Below are positions 1 through 10,870 of a stretch of 64,000 nt of DNA, one piece after another (position 1 is the stretch's first letter; each line of letters begins with the position of its first letter). Below the pieces are notes generated by a model. It worked only from the letters and a program-made list of their open reading frames with translations, did no database searches and had not been told where the DNA came from. Origin of the DNA: Cyanobacteria bacterium J06626_4 (GTDB taxonomy: Bacteria; Cyanobacteriota; Cyanobacteriia; Phormidesmidales; Phormidesmidaceae); the NCBI GenBank assembly GCA_038523235.1, contig JBCBJQ010000009.1, positions 35,950-99,949 of the forward strand, written 5' to 3'. A program made the position numbers and the translations under genes.

Positions 1-384
1 GGCAAAGGGCGCAATGGCCACCGTTTCACTGCACCACAATGAGGGAATCAGCCGCACCACGGGGCTGTCAATGTCAGCTAAGAGATCCGACCAGGGCAAC
101 GCTAAGGGCAAAGTGAGCAGCGGCCGACGGAGACGTTTGGCCAGATTTTGGACAGAGTAGCCGGTGGCGCTGGCGTGTTGCCACAGCAGTTGTGGCCAAT
201 CCGCATAAATTGGCTCGCGGGTCACCAGCTTTTGCATCGATTGTTGAAAACAGTCAGCCGTAATCACCCAACTGGGGGCAATCGGTTGCCCTGACGCTTG
301 CAGCTGATGCAGTAAATAACCCGCTTCGCCGATTTGACACGGCTGCGGGTCGGCAAGCGTTTTCAGGGAAGCAAACCGCGACAT
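1..384 (-). CDS. Partial (3' end outside window) PEP synthase/PPDK N-terminal-like protein
   Basis: Manual translation from ATG at 384: MSRFASLKTLADPQPCQIGEAGYLLHQLQASGQPIAPSWVITADCF, open to window edge; resembles a degenerate PPDK_N GxKxxxLxxLxxxGxPVPxGFVIT motif. Confidence 0.6.
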   Translation of the reverse strand, partial: MSRFASLKTLADPQPCQIGEAGYLLHQLQASGQPIAPSWVITADCFQQSMQKLVTREPIYADWPQLLWQHASATGYSVQNLAKRLRRPLLTLPLALPWSDLLADIDSPVVRLIPSLWCSETVAIAPFA

Positions 385-818
385 AAAGACCCAAAATCAG
401 GAGGTCAGTGCAGGCTCAAAGCAACTCAGGTGATCGCCGTAACGAGGCCTGCTGACCAGGCGCTGAAAGCTGACTCATCAACTCATACATCGGAGAAGAT
501 GACTAAGTCTAAGGGGAAATCACGGCAATCTTGGGCAGTCTTCTCATTGTTTTTACCCTGTGCTCTCAAAGTCGTCCCTTTGCACAATGGAAACAGGTCC
601 CGTTGCGGGTAATCCCGATTTTCTGAAAAAAGACGACAACTTGCCTCCCGATCTAGCGGCTCCCCAGCGCAGCCAAATGACCTTAGGCTAGGCATCCTGA
701 GACTGAGAAGGCCCCTATTGATCGCGATCGCACAGCCAACTCCAGAACGGCGGCTTCATCTCACCGGACAGCCGTGACGGCGCTGCCCCGCTAAACTTCC
801 CCTTAGGGCGAAATCATC

Positions 819-1565
819 ATGCTGACCCAGTCCTGGCAAACCCTGGCCAACCTATTTCTGCAGCAAACCTGCCCGCTGTGTGATCGCGCCACGCCTCAAC
901 CGCTGTGCGCTAACTGCTGGCACCAGCTTCAACCGGGAGGCAATACGCGTCCGCCTCAGCCTCCGACAGATGCTCTACCACTCGTAACCTGGGGGGTTTA
1001 TGAGGGTGCGTTAAAACGGGCGATCGCCGCCCTCAAATATCACGGTCAGCCCCAGCTAGCGATGCCCTTGGGGCAGGCGCTGGGGCAACACTGGCAGCAG
1101 TTTCCCCTTAAAACGGCGCGATCGCCTTTGGTGGTGCCCATTCCCATGCATGCCGAAAAGCAGCGGCAGCGAGGCTTTAACCAAGCCGAGTTATTGGCCA
1201 AAGCCTTTTGCCAACAAACCGGTTTATCGCTGGTGTGCCAAGGGCTCGTGCGTCGTAAGGTGACCACCCCCCAATTTGGCTTAGGCCTGCAGGCACGACA
1301 GCAGAACTTAGCCGGAGCCTTTATCGTTGGCCCCGCCTTAAACCAACGCCGCCCAACGCGTCCGGTGCTACTGCTCGACGACATTTACACCACCGGCACC
1401 ACGGTCAGAGTGGCGGCGGCGGAGCTACGACGCTGGGGCATTTCAGTCTGTGGGGTAGTCACCTTGGCCAGTGCCGTGCTGGAGAAATCACGCCAGAGGA
1501 GCGATTGTCCGGTAGATGCTGACCGCCGCCGATTGTCCCGCTCCACCGCCCCGCCGCCGCTCTGA
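819..1565 (+). CDS. comF: ComF family protein (zinc ribbon + phosphoribosyltransferase domain)
   Basis: CPLC...CANC, KY.G, VPIPMH..KQRQRGFNQA, LLLDDIYTTGTT. Confidence 0.9.
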   Translation: MLTQSWQTLANLFLQQTCPLCDRATPQPLCANCWHQLQPGGNTRPPQPPTDALPLVTWGVYEGALKRAIAALKYHGQPQLAMPLGQALGQHWQQFPLKTARSPLVVPIPMHAEKQRQRGFNQAELLAKAFCQQTGLSLVCQGLVRRKVTTPQFGLGLQARQQNLAGAFIVGPALNQRRPTRPVLLLDDIYTTGTTVRVAAAELRRWGISVCGVVTLASAVLEKSRQRSDCPVDADRRRLSRSTAPPPL

Positions 1566-1745
1566 TTTTCACCAAGATGGCACCATCCCCGCTTGACGGG
1601 CGGGAGGAACCGGCGCGGGCAGTGATCGCGGTAAGCCTATGAGCCATTAGGCTTTGCCACACTTGGCGAGCGGCCATCATCTCGCGGCAAAGCCTCTACA
1701 ATCGAGGGCAGGTGATCGCTGTTTCCCCGTTGAGTCTGTCGCGCT

Positions 1746-2819
1746 ATGGCTGGCCGTCGTCCTGGTTCCTCGATTTCTGACACGCTCATCGAAACCACCT
1801 ATCGCCGAGCGCGACAACATTTGATCTGGGGCGCCATCGCCCTAGGCGGCGTCGTGCTGTCAGGCATTCTTTGGTACAAGCTGGTCGAAGGGTGGACCTG
1901 GCTGGATGCGATCTATATGTCAGTCATCACGCTGGCCAGCGTTGGCTTTGCGGAGGTGCGCCCCTTGGGCTCCCGAGGACGCATCTTCACCATCGTGCTG
2001 ATTTTGATGGGCGTGGTGGTGATTGGCTATATTTTGAATTCGTTTTCCGAAGCTCTGATTCAAGGGCACTTTCAGGCGGGTATTCGACTGAGGCAGCGCC
2101 GCAAGCTTATGGATTCTCTGACTAATCACTACATTATTTGTGGGTTTGGCCGTACGGGCCGACAAGTCGCCATGGAGTTCTCCCTAGAGCGGATTCCGTT
2201 TATTGTCGTGGACTCTGACGATCATTCAATTCAGGCCGCCCAGCAAATGGGATTTATCACCTATCAAGGCGATGCCACCCAAGATCAGGTGCTTCAGCGC
2301 GTCGGCGTGGAGCGGGCCATTTGCTTGGTGGCAGCCCTGCCCTCTGACGCCGAAAATCTGTACACCGTATTGTCAGCAAAGACTCTGGCTCCACAGATTC
2401 GGACGATCTCACGGGCCAGCACCGAAGAGGCCGTGCAAAAGCTACAGCGAGGCGGGGCCGACGTGGTGATTTCGCCTTACATCACTGGGGGCAAGCGCAT
2501 GGCAGCGGCGGCCCTGCGACCGCAGGTGGTGGATTTTTTGGAAGGTATTTTGTCGGGGGGTGATCGCGCCGTCTATGTCGAAGAATTTTTGATCGCACCA
2601 GAGCATTGTCCTAAGGTGGGCCAAACCTTGGGACAGACGGAGCTCCGGTCAAAATCAGGGGCGCTGATCTTGGCCATCCGCCGCGCCGATAACACGCTCA
2701 TTGTGGGCCCCAATGCCGATACCATCATCTGCGCCGGCGACTTGGTCATCGGCATGGGCACCTCAGATGAGCTGCGCCTGCTCAATCAAATTTTGAGTCC
2801 ACTCCGCCGCTACCGTTAA
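1746..2819 (+). CDS. Potassium channel protein with TrkA-N/TrkA-C (RCK) domains
   Basis: Two TM helices with pore TLASVGFAEV; HYIICGFGRTG Rossmann motif; C-terminal TrkA-C. Confidence 0.9.
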   Translation: MAGRRPGSSISDTLIETTYRRARQHLIWGAIALGGVVLSGILWYKLVEGWTWLDAIYMSVITLASVGFAEVRPLGSRGRIFTIVLILMGVVVIGYILNSFSEALIQGHFQAGIRLRQRRKLMDSLTNHYIICGFGRTGRQVAMEFSLERIPFIVVDSDDHSIQAAQQMGFITYQGDATQDQVLQRVGVERAICLVAALPSDAENLYTVLSAKTLAPQIRTISRASTEEAVQKLQRGGADVVISPYITGGKRMAAAALRPQVVDFLEGILSGGDRAVYVEEFLIAPEHCPKVGQTLGQTELRSKSGALILAIRRADNTLIVGPNADTIICAGDLVIGMGTSDELRLLNQILSPLRRYR

Positions 2820-2995
2820 TTAATGACGCGCCTGGCCAAGACGATCGCTGACTGTTAGCATCAGAGGCGCCAGCAACGTCGTGCGAGCATCCTGAACCGC
2901 TACTCTAAAATCAGTCTCCGAATCGCGATCGCCAATAACCGTCTTAGCTGATCGAAATCGCCCGTCTCACCCAGTGCCGGCCCTAGGTATCACCG

Positions 2996-3430
2996 ATGCA
3001 AATTGCCTTCTCTACTGCCTTTAGCGGCTTGCTAGCAAGCCGTCCCACCTGTTTATCGATTACGGGAGCTATCGGCCTACATGGCTTCCTGCTGGCCTTA
3101 GGGCTGCCCAGTTGGCAATGTCCGATTCGGCATGGGTTAGGCCTGCCCTGCCCGGGCTGTGGGTTGTCGCGGGCCATGATTAGCGGCTTCCACGGTGACT
3201 GGCAGCAAGCCCTGTTGATCCACGCCTTTGCCCCGGTAGCGATCGCGGCCCTCCTGTTGATTATGGTGAGTGCCCTGCTGCCAACCGGCTGGCGGGGTGC
3301 CCTAGTCGGCGGCGTCCGCACCTTAGAAACCCATACCGGCATCACCTTCTTTTTGCTGACGGGGCTCATAGTTTACTGGCTGGTCAGACTCTTATTTTTT
3401 CACGACATCCTCTACGGCCTGGTGATGTAG
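2996..3430 (+). CDS. DUF2752 family membrane protein
   Basis: CPIRHGLGLPCPGCGLSRA motif followed by TM helices. Confidence 0.85.
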   Translation: MQIAFSTAFSGLLASRPTCLSITGAIGLHGFLLALGLPSWQCPIRHGLGLPCPGCGLSRAMISGFHGDWQQALLIHAFAPVAIAALLLIMVSALLPTGWRGALVGGVRTLETHTGITFFLLTGLIVYWLVRLLFFHDILYGLVM

Positions 3431-3590
3431 TATTTGTAACTCAAAGCCTATGTAATTACCCCTTATCAAAGGGGGATGGATTGCCTTCTATCGTTACCAT
3501 ATATTTCAGCATGAGAAGAATTTGCCAAATGTTGATGCCAGGGGCTGTATAGCTCTTTAGAGTGACTATGGAAATTGAGGCCAACTAAAA

Positions 3591-3857
3591 ATGTTAGCTA
3601 TTCTGAGTTTATTAGGAATCGCTGCCAGCATCGGCAGCTTGGTGTGTTTGATTTTAGTCTTACTGAAGCTGTTTCCCGACAAAGGGGTAGGCTGGGGAAT
3701 CTTCGGCATCATTTGTGGTCTGTACACATTTATCTGGGGCTGGCAAAACGCTGAACGCCACGGGATTCAGCAAATTATGCTGATTTGGACAGCCTGCTTT
3801 GTAGGCAGCATTGTCATCAATGTCCTGGTCAGTGTCATGGCAAGTGCCAATCTATAA
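3591..3857 (+). CDS. Small hypothetical membrane protein (about 3 TM)
   Basis: Hydrophobic 88-aa ORF with ATG start; YTFIWGW motif; follows the DUF2752 gene. Confidence 0.75.
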   Translation: MLAILSLLGIAASIGSLVCLILVLLKLFPDKGVGWGIFGIICGLYTFIWGWQNAERHGIQQIMLIWTACFVGSIVINVLVSVMASANL

Positions 3858-4024
3858 ACCGTTGGTGATGGTTGCCGTTTCACCCACCAATCATAGGCCA
3901 GCTGCCTGAAGCAAGTCCTTACAGGACTGAGACACCACCTACTCAAGTCCTGTAGGGATTACGCATATCTAGAGCACTTCATCAGGTAATTGCCAAAACC
4001 TTGTGAGACCAGCATTGGCAGGGT

Positions 4025-5785
4025 TTAGAGTTCAGAGGGCTCAGCGGGTATCGCCTCTAGCTCATCTAGCTCGGGCGATCTCGGGGCAAACTCTTCGACC
4101 GACTCGGGCGTCAGCAGCGCCGGCAGAAAATTGACCGCTTGGCTCCAGGTATCCAGCGTAAGCCCCACGGCCTGATCCAGGGTGACAATGCTGTCCAAAA
4201 ATTGAATGCGGGCCGTGAGTTCACTGTTCTCGGCATCCACTAGGTTTTCTTCCTGATTAGTGATTTGAAAGACGTTTTGAATGCGGCCCCGACGAAACAG
4301 TTCTTGGGTGACTTCGAGCTGCAGACGGGCGTTTTCCGTAGCCCGTTGCGCGGCTTCTACCCGCGCCAGATTGGCGTTGACGGTATTGAGCTGATTGGTG
4401 ATTTCATTGCGGATGCTAGTGCGCTCTTGGGCGAGGCGATTTCCCTGCTGCAGAATCTCGACTTGACTCTGCACAAGCGCGGTTTCTAACTCCGGTTCGT
4501 CAAAGGTGCGACGGGCTACCACTCCCAACGTCGTTTCAGAAAAATCTCCGAGGTTGGCGTTGCCTTCTAGATTTAGCTGCCATTGCAAGCCGTCGGCGGC
4601 CAAGCGCTGGTTGAGCTGAGCCACTTCTTGATCGAGCTCAATCTGCCGGTAGTCGGGGCGAGTTTGATAGGCGATCGCCACCAGCGTTTCGAGGTCATAG
4701 CCTTCGATGCGGGCTACTGCCGAGGCGAATAAATCAGTAATGGTCGCGGCAGCAGCGACAAATACGAGATTTTGCTCGGTGCCAATTTGGTCTAGCAAAT
4801 CGGTGTTGGCTTGCTCTCGCTGGGTCTGAGCCAGTAGTAAGTCGCGTTCGGCATCGGCGACTGACCGACGTGAGTCCACCAGGTCAAATTCCGCCCGGCG
4901 ACCAGCTTCCACTAACGCCGTTAAAATCCGCAAGCGCTCCTGCCGTCGTTCTAGCGCCTGGGCCTGAATGCGAACGGACTCTTGGGTTTCGATCAGCGTG
5001 GTGTATTGGTTCACCGTGGTGCTCACGGTGTCGATCAGGGTTTGCTCTAGGGCTAAAAAGTTCTGCGACTCGCGTAGCCGGGCAATGTCTACCGGCGCTT
5101 CATTAACCGCAGTACCGGCCCCTCGCAAAAGCGGTTGAGTCAAGCGGAGGCCAATAGGGGTGTCACCCAAGGCATCTAAGGTGAGGCCAATCGCGGTGCC
5201 CTGACGGGTCGTGAGGGTGCCTTCGACCCCGGCGCTCTGAGTCAAGGTGGTGCGATCACCCAATTCCGTTTCGGTGCCGCCAATGCCACCGGGTAAATTG
5301 CCGCCGCCGCGCAACCCGGCGTCAAAGCTCTGGCTGACGCCAATGCCCACCGCTGGCGTGAAGCGCGGGTCGAATGCCGCCTCAGCTGCCTGCAGCTGTT
5401 GTTGCTCAACCAGGCGCTGCAGCTGGCGATCGCGCAAATCTCGATTGCCCGTCACGACTAACGTCAGCAGTTCCGGCAGGGTGAGGGCGATGCGCGATCG
5501 GCCGGGAATCAGGGTCGCGTCTTCCTGCAGCGGCTCATCGGTAGGACTGGCAGCATCTCGGGAGGGAACAGCGGCGGGAGCAGGCGTAGTCTGGGTGGAA
5601 GGGTCGCCTTCACCGGGGAGTGGACTGAAGACTGGGGCCGTTTCACTGGCCGCCTCATTAGCGATCGCGGGACTCGGCAGCAAGAATCCTGGGATAAGAA
5701 CGCAGGCGCAGGGCAGCGCTAAGCAACCAATCTCCACCCAGAGGCGGTGGCGAACAGGGGGCAAAACCGGCGACATATGGCTCAT
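4025..5785 (-). CDS. TolC family outer membrane efflux protein
   Basis: Signal-like N-terminus, LTQPLLRGAG motif, two OEP-like helical repeats; 4-nt overlap with the permease gene. Confidence 0.88.
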   Translation of the reverse strand: MSHMSPVLPPVRHRLWVEIGCLALPCACVLIPGFLLPSPAIANEAASETAPVFSPLPGEGDPSTQTTPAPAAVPSRDAASPTDEPLQEDATLIPGRSRIALTLPELLTLVVTGNRDLRDRQLQRLVEQQQLQAAEAAFDPRFTPAVGIGVSQSFDAGLRGGGNLPGGIGGTETELGDRTTLTQSAGVEGTLTTRQGTAIGLTLDALGDTPIGLRLTQPLLRGAGTAVNEAPVDIARLRESQNFLALEQTLIDTVSTTVNQYTTLIETQESVRIQAQALERRQERLRILTALVEAGRRAEFDLVDSRRSVADAERDLLLAQTQREQANTDLLDQIGTEQNLVFVAAAATITDLFASAVARIEGYDLETLVAIAYQTRPDYRQIELDQEVAQLNQRLAADGLQWQLNLEGNANLGDFSETTLGVVARRTFDEPELETALVQSQVEILQQGNRLAQERTSIRNEITNQLNTVNANLARVEAAQRATENARLQLEVTQELFRRGRIQNVFQITNQEENLVDAENSELTARIQFLDSIVTLDQAVGLTLDTWSQAVNFLPALLTPESVEEFAPRSPELDELEAIPAEPSEL

Positions 5786-6987
5786 TCTCCTCGCAGTGCC
5801 TGCACGACATCAATTTGAGTAATGCGCAGCGCGGGAAAAAAGCTGGCCCCCACGCCGACGACAAACGCCGCCCCCATCGAAATCGCCGCATCTTGCACGC
5901 GAAAACTGTAAGGAGCTTCGAACACTTGGGTGGTGGCGACTTTGGTCAGGCCATGGATAGTGACGATCGCGGCGGTGCCGCCAATCAGACTCAACAGTGC
6001 CGCCTCCGCGATGAACTGCATCATCACTTCCCAATCGGTGGCCCCAATGGCCCGCCGCAAGCCAATTTCGCGGGTACGTTCCATCACGGCGGCGATCGTG
6101 ATGTTGGCAATGCCGACGCCGCCAATCACCAGCGAGAGTAGCCCCACACCTTGCAAAATCCGGGTGCTGGTGCGCTGCTGTTGCTCCTGCTGGTACAGAT
6201 CTTCCGCGTTGCCCCGGACGCGCACCTCAAAACCGGGATACCGCTGACTCAAAAAGGCTTCAATGCCGGCCTCCACCGCTTCGTAATTTTCCAGTTCTTC
6301 AATGGCGATTTGCGGTCGCCCCCAATCCCACCCGCCACTGATGGCGCTGGCATAGTTTTCGGTCAGCCAAACTTCCCCAGTGGGGTCGCGATCGGCATTA
6401 TTTTGTTTGGTCTCCATCACGCCAATCACAGTCATTCGGGTCGTGCCCAAAAAGATGCCCTGGTTCAGGGGGGAGGTGTCTAGAAAAAGCTGATCGGCGA
6501 GGACAGTGTTCACAATCGCGACCGGGTAATACTGATCGAAATCGCTCTGTTGAAAAAAGCGCCCCGCGACGATAGTGCGACCGGTGGTTTCTTGGAAATT
6601 GAGAGACACCCCCTGCACGTCGACTTGATCTGCTACTTGGCCCTGAAACTGAATTTGGCTCATCCACCCCACTCGAGTTTCGTGGCTGATGCCCGCAATA
6701 CCATCCACGGCTTGCCGCAGCGCCGCAAAATCCGCTTCCCCAAGGTCAGGTGGCGGCGTCCTCCAGTCAGAGGGATTAAACATCCAAAAGCCCAGATAGG
6801 GGTTGTCACGCTGCGCCAGTTGATTTTGCAGTTGGGCTGTGGTGATGGCGTCAATGTTCAGCGTGGCATTGACCGCCGCCACGCCCATAAAAATGCCCAG
6901 GGCAGTGAGGCCCGATCGCGCCCAGTTGCCGCCCAGATCGCGAATAGTGGTTAAGAGCAAATCAGTCGGGGATAGTCCCATGGTCAA
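5782..6987 (-). CDS. MacB/FtsX-type ABC transporter permease
   Basis: RSGLTALGIFMGVAAV; GGVGIANIT..AVMERTREIGLRRAIGA. Confidence 0.92.
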   Translation of the reverse strand: MTMGLSPTDLLLTTIRDLGGNWARSGLTALGIFMGVAAVNATLNIDAITTAQLQNQLAQRDNPYLGFWMFNPSDWRTPPPDLGEADFAALRQAVDGIAGISHETRVGWMSQIQFQGQVADQVDVQGVSLNFQETTGRTIVAGRFFQQSDFDQYYPVAIVNTVLADQLFLDTSPLNQGIFLGTTRMTVIGVMETKQNNADRDPTGEVWLTENYASAISGGWDWGRPQIAIEELENYEAVEAGIEAFLSQRYPGFEVRVRGNAEDLYQQEQQQRTSTRILQGVGLLSLVIGGVGIANITIAAVMERTREIGLRRAIGATDWEVMMQFIAEAALLSLIGGTAAIVTIHGLTKVATTQVFEAPYSFRVQDAAISMGAAFVVGVGASFFPALRITQIDVVQALRGE

Positions 6988-8381
6988 TTGTCTCCTGGTG
7001 TCTGACCTGGATTAGGGGTCTCTGGCCCGCCCGCTGCCGCCTCGGGAGTGGCCAACAGCTGACCCGGCGATAGTTCGGCGTCGGGGGGCACTGCGATGAC
7101 GATTTCATCTCCCGCCTGCAGGCCAGAGAGAATTTCTACTGCCTCTAAGGTTGCTAGCCCAATTGTTACCTCCCGCTGGCGGGCGCGATCGTTGGCATCT
7201 TTTACCCAAACGTAGGGGATGTCAGCATCGCGCTGGATGGCGGTGACCGGCACGACCAGCGCCTGCGATCGCTGGTTCAACACAATATCGACGCTGACGG
7301 CACTGCCCGGAATCAACGCCCCACTCGGGGCATTCAGGCGCACCTCCGCTTCGACTGTGGCTTGCTCAGCATTGTCTTGAACAGAAGTGGCTTGGGGCGA
7401 AACGCGGACAATTTGCCCCGCAAAGATGTCGGACTCAGGGCCGATCACGCTCACCCGCACCGGCATGCCAATGCCGACCTGCGCCGCATTCAACGTGGCG
7501 AGCTGCAGCCGAATGGTTTCTTGCGTGGGGTCACCGATACTGAGCAGCAGCCCTTCGCGCTCGACCCCATCACCGGGTTTGACCTCGACCTTGAGCACGA
7601 TCGCGTCCATCGGCGCCACAATCTGGTTGTCTTCTAGCTGCAGGCGAATGCTTTCTGTCGTGACCTGATCTTGCTGCACCTGCAGGTCAGCTTTGGTTAG
7701 ATCCACCTCCGCGTCACGGACGGCGGACTGGGCGTCTTCAAAGGCGCGTTTGTCAGTGCGGAAATCATCTTCAGAAATGAACCCCTGGGCCAGCAGGTCT
7801 TCGGAATCTTGCAGGCGGCTGGCGGCGTCAGCCAAGCGCGATTGCCGCTCCGCCAAAATTTCTTGCTGGCGCTGGTAGGTCAGCTGATTGATCCGATTGG
7901 CCACGATTTGGTCGGCTAGCCGTTGCTGCAGGGCGCGATCACGTAATTCCAACAGCACCTGACCCTGACTCACCCGTTCTCGTTCTTCGACCAAAACGGC
8001 CTGCACGGTGACATCGCTAGGCGCTTTGAAGGTTTGCTGCCCGCCCAGCTCCACCACGCCTGATTCGGTAATGGTGTCTTCTAGATCGGCTCGTCCGACA
8101 GGGGCCAGGGTAACGGCCAGCGGTTCGGGGGGGGACTGTAAAAACCTTTGATAGCCTAACCAGCCGCCAATGCCCAAGAGCAAGACGAAGCCCGAGCCTA
8201 AGATCCACTTAAGTCCGGCCTGCTGTTGCGCCTGGGGAGTCGTGAGCTGGCCAAAATCGGCGAAATTGGCCTCGGCCAAGTCGGTCTCCGCACCGTCAAG
8301 CCGGGCCGGTGACCGGGGCGCTGCGGCCTGCAGATCTTCGGGGGGAGATTGCTCCACGGTGTTGTCCTGATCCAGTGCCAT
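6984..8381 (-). CDS. Periplasmic adaptor (MacA/HlyD-type membrane fusion protein)
   Basis: Single N-terminal TM, lipoyl halves (V.QGQVLLEL, IVAPMDAIV), coiled coil, C-terminal VEILSGL..GD. Confidence 0.9.
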   Translation of the reverse strand: MALDQDNTVEQSPPEDLQAAAPRSPARLDGAETDLAEANFADFGQLTTPQAQQQAGLKWILGSGFVLLLGIGGWLGYQRFLQSPPEPLAVTLAPVGRADLEDTITESGVVELGGQQTFKAPSDVTVQAVLVEERERVSQGQVLLELRDRALQQRLADQIVANRINQLTYQRQQEILAERQSRLADAASRLQDSEDLLAQGFISEDDFRTDKRAFEDAQSAVRDAEVDLTKADLQVQQDQVTTESIRLQLEDNQIVAPMDAIVLKVEVKPGDGVEREGLLLSIGDPTQETIRLQLATLNAAQVGIGMPVRVSVIGPESDIFAGQIVRVSPQATSVQDNAEQATVEAEVRLNAPSGALIPGSAVSVDIVLNQRSQALVVPVTAIQRDADIPYVWVKDANDRARQREVTIGLATLEAVEILSGLQAGDEIVIAVPPDAELSPGQLLATPEAAAGGPETPNPGQTPGDN

Positions 8382-8487
8382 ACCTCAGCCATCCCCAATT
8401 TTGCGGAGTCGTGTTGTATCCGTCAACAACATAGCTTAAGGGCTAGCCAAACTTGAGCGTCGGGCCGCGACCTGGGGAACAGCGGGA

Positions 8488-9252
8488 TTACTGCTGTAAC
8501 TCAGCGGGCGAGACGCGATCGCGCAAAATACGCCCATCGCTGACCTGAATAATGCGCTTGCTGTAGCAGGCGACCTCGTGGGAGTGGGTCACCATCACAA
8601 TCGTGATCCTGGCCTGATGCAGTTCGGCAAAAATCTCCATCACGGCTTCGGCAGAGTGGGTATCGAGCGCGCCCGTGGGCTCGTCTGCCAGCAATATCAA
8701 GGGGCGATTGACGATCGCCCGCGCAATGGCAACGCGCTGCTGCTGCCCCCCCGACAGTTGGGGAGGCCGTTTATCGAGCCGATTGCCCAGCCCCATGCGG
8801 CCCAGAGCGTCTGCGGCTAGCTGTCGCCGCTGCGATCGCCCGATGCCGGTATACATCATGGGCAAAATGACGTTCTCTAGGGCCGTCAGGCCATTCAGCA
8901 GTTCATACCGCTGAAACACAAAGCCAATATTTTGATTGCGAATCCGGGCCAGGCGATTTTTGCCCAGCTGCGAAACATCTACCCCATTTAGGCGATAACG
9001 CCCACTGCTGGGGCGATCCAGGCAGCCGATGATGTTCATCAGCGTGGTTTTGCCCGAGCCCGACTCGCCCATAATGGCGCAGTATTCTCCCCGCTGAATG
9101 GTCAGGTTCATGCGATCGCAGGCCCGCACCATCGCTTCACCAGTACCGTACACGCGTGAGATCTGCTCTAGCGCTACCACCGGCTGGGTGGGGGTGATCG
9201 CCCCATTCGTCTCAGAGGTTTGGGCGTGATTGGCGTGGGCCGAAACAGTCAT
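8488..9252 (-). CDS. ABC transporter ATP-binding protein (MacB/LolD-type)
   Basis: Walker [39 protein letters not shown]; start moved to ATG 9252. Confidence 0.93.
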   Translation of the reverse strand: MTVSAHANHAQTSETNGAITPTQPVVALEQISRVYGTGEAMVRACDRMNLTIQRGEYCAIMGESGSGKTTLMNIIGCLDRPSSGRYRLNGVDVSQLGKNRLARIRNQNIGFVFQRYELLNGLTALENVILPMMYTGIGRSQRRQLAADALGRMGLGNRLDKRPPQLSGGQQQRVAIARAIVNRPLILLADEPTGALDTHSAEAVMEIFAELHQARITIVMVTHSHEVACYSKRIIQVSDGRILRDRVSPAELQQ

Positions 9253-9299
9253 GGCAGCATCCCCAGTTCGCTTCAATCTTAGCCTGCACCGTCCTGCCG

Positions 9300-10139
9300 T
9301 CATCCGGGCGCGGGCAGGCTGTGCATCACTAACTCACCGCCTGATTCGGTCGAGGCAGTGACGGGGTCGATGGTGATTAAGACTTGGGCAGCAGGAGCAG
9401 TACAGGCCACCGAGGGGAGCGACCACTGAATCGGCTCATTGTCTTGGGGGATAAACTCGCCACAATACATCAGCGCCTCAGCGGTCTCGACATCGGCCCA
9501 AAAGCGATAGACCTGGTCGGCGGGTAATGGCGGTAGATTGTGGGCGACCAAAATCGCTTTGCTTTCCCCCGCCAGGGTCACCACGCTGCCCGCCGCCGTC
9601 GCTAAATCGCCCGTGCCCTCAAGCGCGTAGACGGCCTTTTGCGGATTGCGGAGGCTAGTCAGCACGGTTTCGGCCTGATCTTGCTGCTGCTGCAGATCTT
9701 GAATGGTGTCATTCGCCAGGGTCAGGTCTTGCTGAGCGCTCTTGAGGGCCTGAGTCTGGGTGGTAACGGCCTGCCGCAGGCGTAGATTATCGACGCCTAA
9801 AAACAGCCAGATGCCCGCTGTGATCGCCCCGCCCAAGGCCCACCAGTAGGGGCGACTGAACAGCGGCACCACCGTCACATCGGGAACCGGGGTCGGGCTC
9901 ACATGCGAAGGCTGGACGGCTTGCAGAATTCGCTCCTCTAAATCACTCCCCGGCACCTGGGGATCAAGAGCTTGAGGCAATTGCGCCAGGGCGGCTTCGT
10001 ACTCTCGCAGGGTTTGCTGTAAATCAGGGGTCGCTTGTAGAAGCTGGGCCAATTCCGCTTGCTCAGCCGGGGTTAAATTGCCCAGCGCGTAGCCAGCGAA
10101 CAGGTCATGCCATTTCTCAGGAAAATCAGAGCGGGTCAT
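9300..10139 (-). CDS. Anti-sigma factor, RskA (anti-sigma-K)-like
   Basis: N-terminal LFAGYALGNLTPAE, single TM, coiled coil, C-terminal NLPPLPADQVYRFW motif; directly downstream of the ECF sigma gene. Confidence 0.87.
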   Translation of the reverse strand: MTRSDFPEKWHDLFAGYALGNLTPAEQAELAQLLQATPDLQQTLREYEAALAQLPQALDPQVPGSDLEERILQAVQPSHVSPTPVPDVTVVPLFSRPYWWALGGAITAGIWLFLGVDNLRLRQAVTTQTQALKSAQQDLTLANDTIQDLQQQQDQAETVLTSLRNPQKAVYALEGTGDLATAAGSVVTLAGESKAILVAHNLPPLPADQVYRFWADVETAEALMYCGEFIPQDNEPIQWSLPSVACTAPAAQVLITIDPVTASTESGGELVMHSLPAPG

Positions 10140-10148
10140 TGTGTCTTA

Positions 10149-10736
10149 CTAGATGAGGTCTTGCAATAGTCGTCTGAGTTTTTTTAAGGCTTGGCGAGAG
10201 CGCGTCTTTACGGTACCCAGAGGGATCTCTAGGCGTTGGGCAATCTGCGACTGGCTGAGGCCTTCATAATAGGCAATTTCTAAAATTTCTTGTTCGGCAG
10301 GTGCTAGATCTGCCAGCGCTGCTCTCACTCGATGGGCCTGTTCGCCCAGACTGGCTTGCTCTAGCGGCGGGTTCGCCTTGGAGCGGTCAGGGTGAGTATG
10401 ATGCCAGCGCTGCACCAGACGATAACGAGCGCCCTGAGAGCGCAGGCGATCAATGGCGCGCGATCGCGTGATCAAACACAGGTAAGTGCTGAGTGTGCCC
10501 CGATCAGGATTGTAATTAGGACTCTGCCAGAGCTTCAGAAAAATCTCTTGAGTGAGATCTTCAGCCTCTTCTGGCGTCTTCAGCACTTTGCAGGCGAGCG
10601 AATAAACCAAGCGCTCATACCGCCGATAGATTTCGCGCAGCGCCTCAATTTGTCCCTGTTGCATGGCGGTTAGCAGATCGCGGTCAGTCGCGGTCTGCAG
10701 CCAGTCAGGGGCAAGCGTCTCAGACTTAGAGTGCAT
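10149..10736 (-). CDS. ECF RNA polymerase sigma factor (SigK-like)
   Basis: AEDLTQEIFLKLW, RSRAIDRLR, YYEGLSQSQIAQRLEIPLGTVKTR. Confidence 0.93.
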   Translation of the reverse strand: MHSKSETLAPDWLQTATDRDLLTAMQQGQIEALREIYRRYERLVYSLACKVLKTPEEAEDLTQEIFLKLWQSPNYNPDRGTLSTYLCLITRSRAIDRLRSQGARYRLVQRWHHTHPDRSKANPPLEQASLGEQAHRVRAALADLAPAEQEILEIAYYEGLSQSQIAQRLEIPLGTVKTRSRQALKKLRRLLQDLI

Positions 10737-10797
10737 AAGGACTCAAGGCAACTAGCGAATTGATTAGGAGGCAAACCCTAAATTTACCTACTTACAG

Positions 10798-10823
10798 TAC
10801 GCGCCCGAATCGCGATCGGATTG
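10798..10823 (-). promoter_or_regulatory. Putative ECF promoter CAATCC-N16-CGTA driving the sigma/anti-sigma/exporter genes
   Basis: Minus strand CAATCC gatcgcgattcgggcg CGTA; same motif and spacing as the divergent copy. Confidence 0.7.
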
Positions 10824-10870
10824 CCTTGACTGAGATTTTTGTTGTAAAGCCAATTATTTTGGCCTCCAAC

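Noticed and set aside
334..695. ORFs 334-612 (+) and 483-695 (-)
   Set aside because: They lie in the divergent promoter region, have no recognisable motifs, and the first overlaps the PPDK-like gene start
3905..3965. aagtcct/aggact fragments resembling MITE ends
   Set aside because: Too short and degenerate to delimit an element
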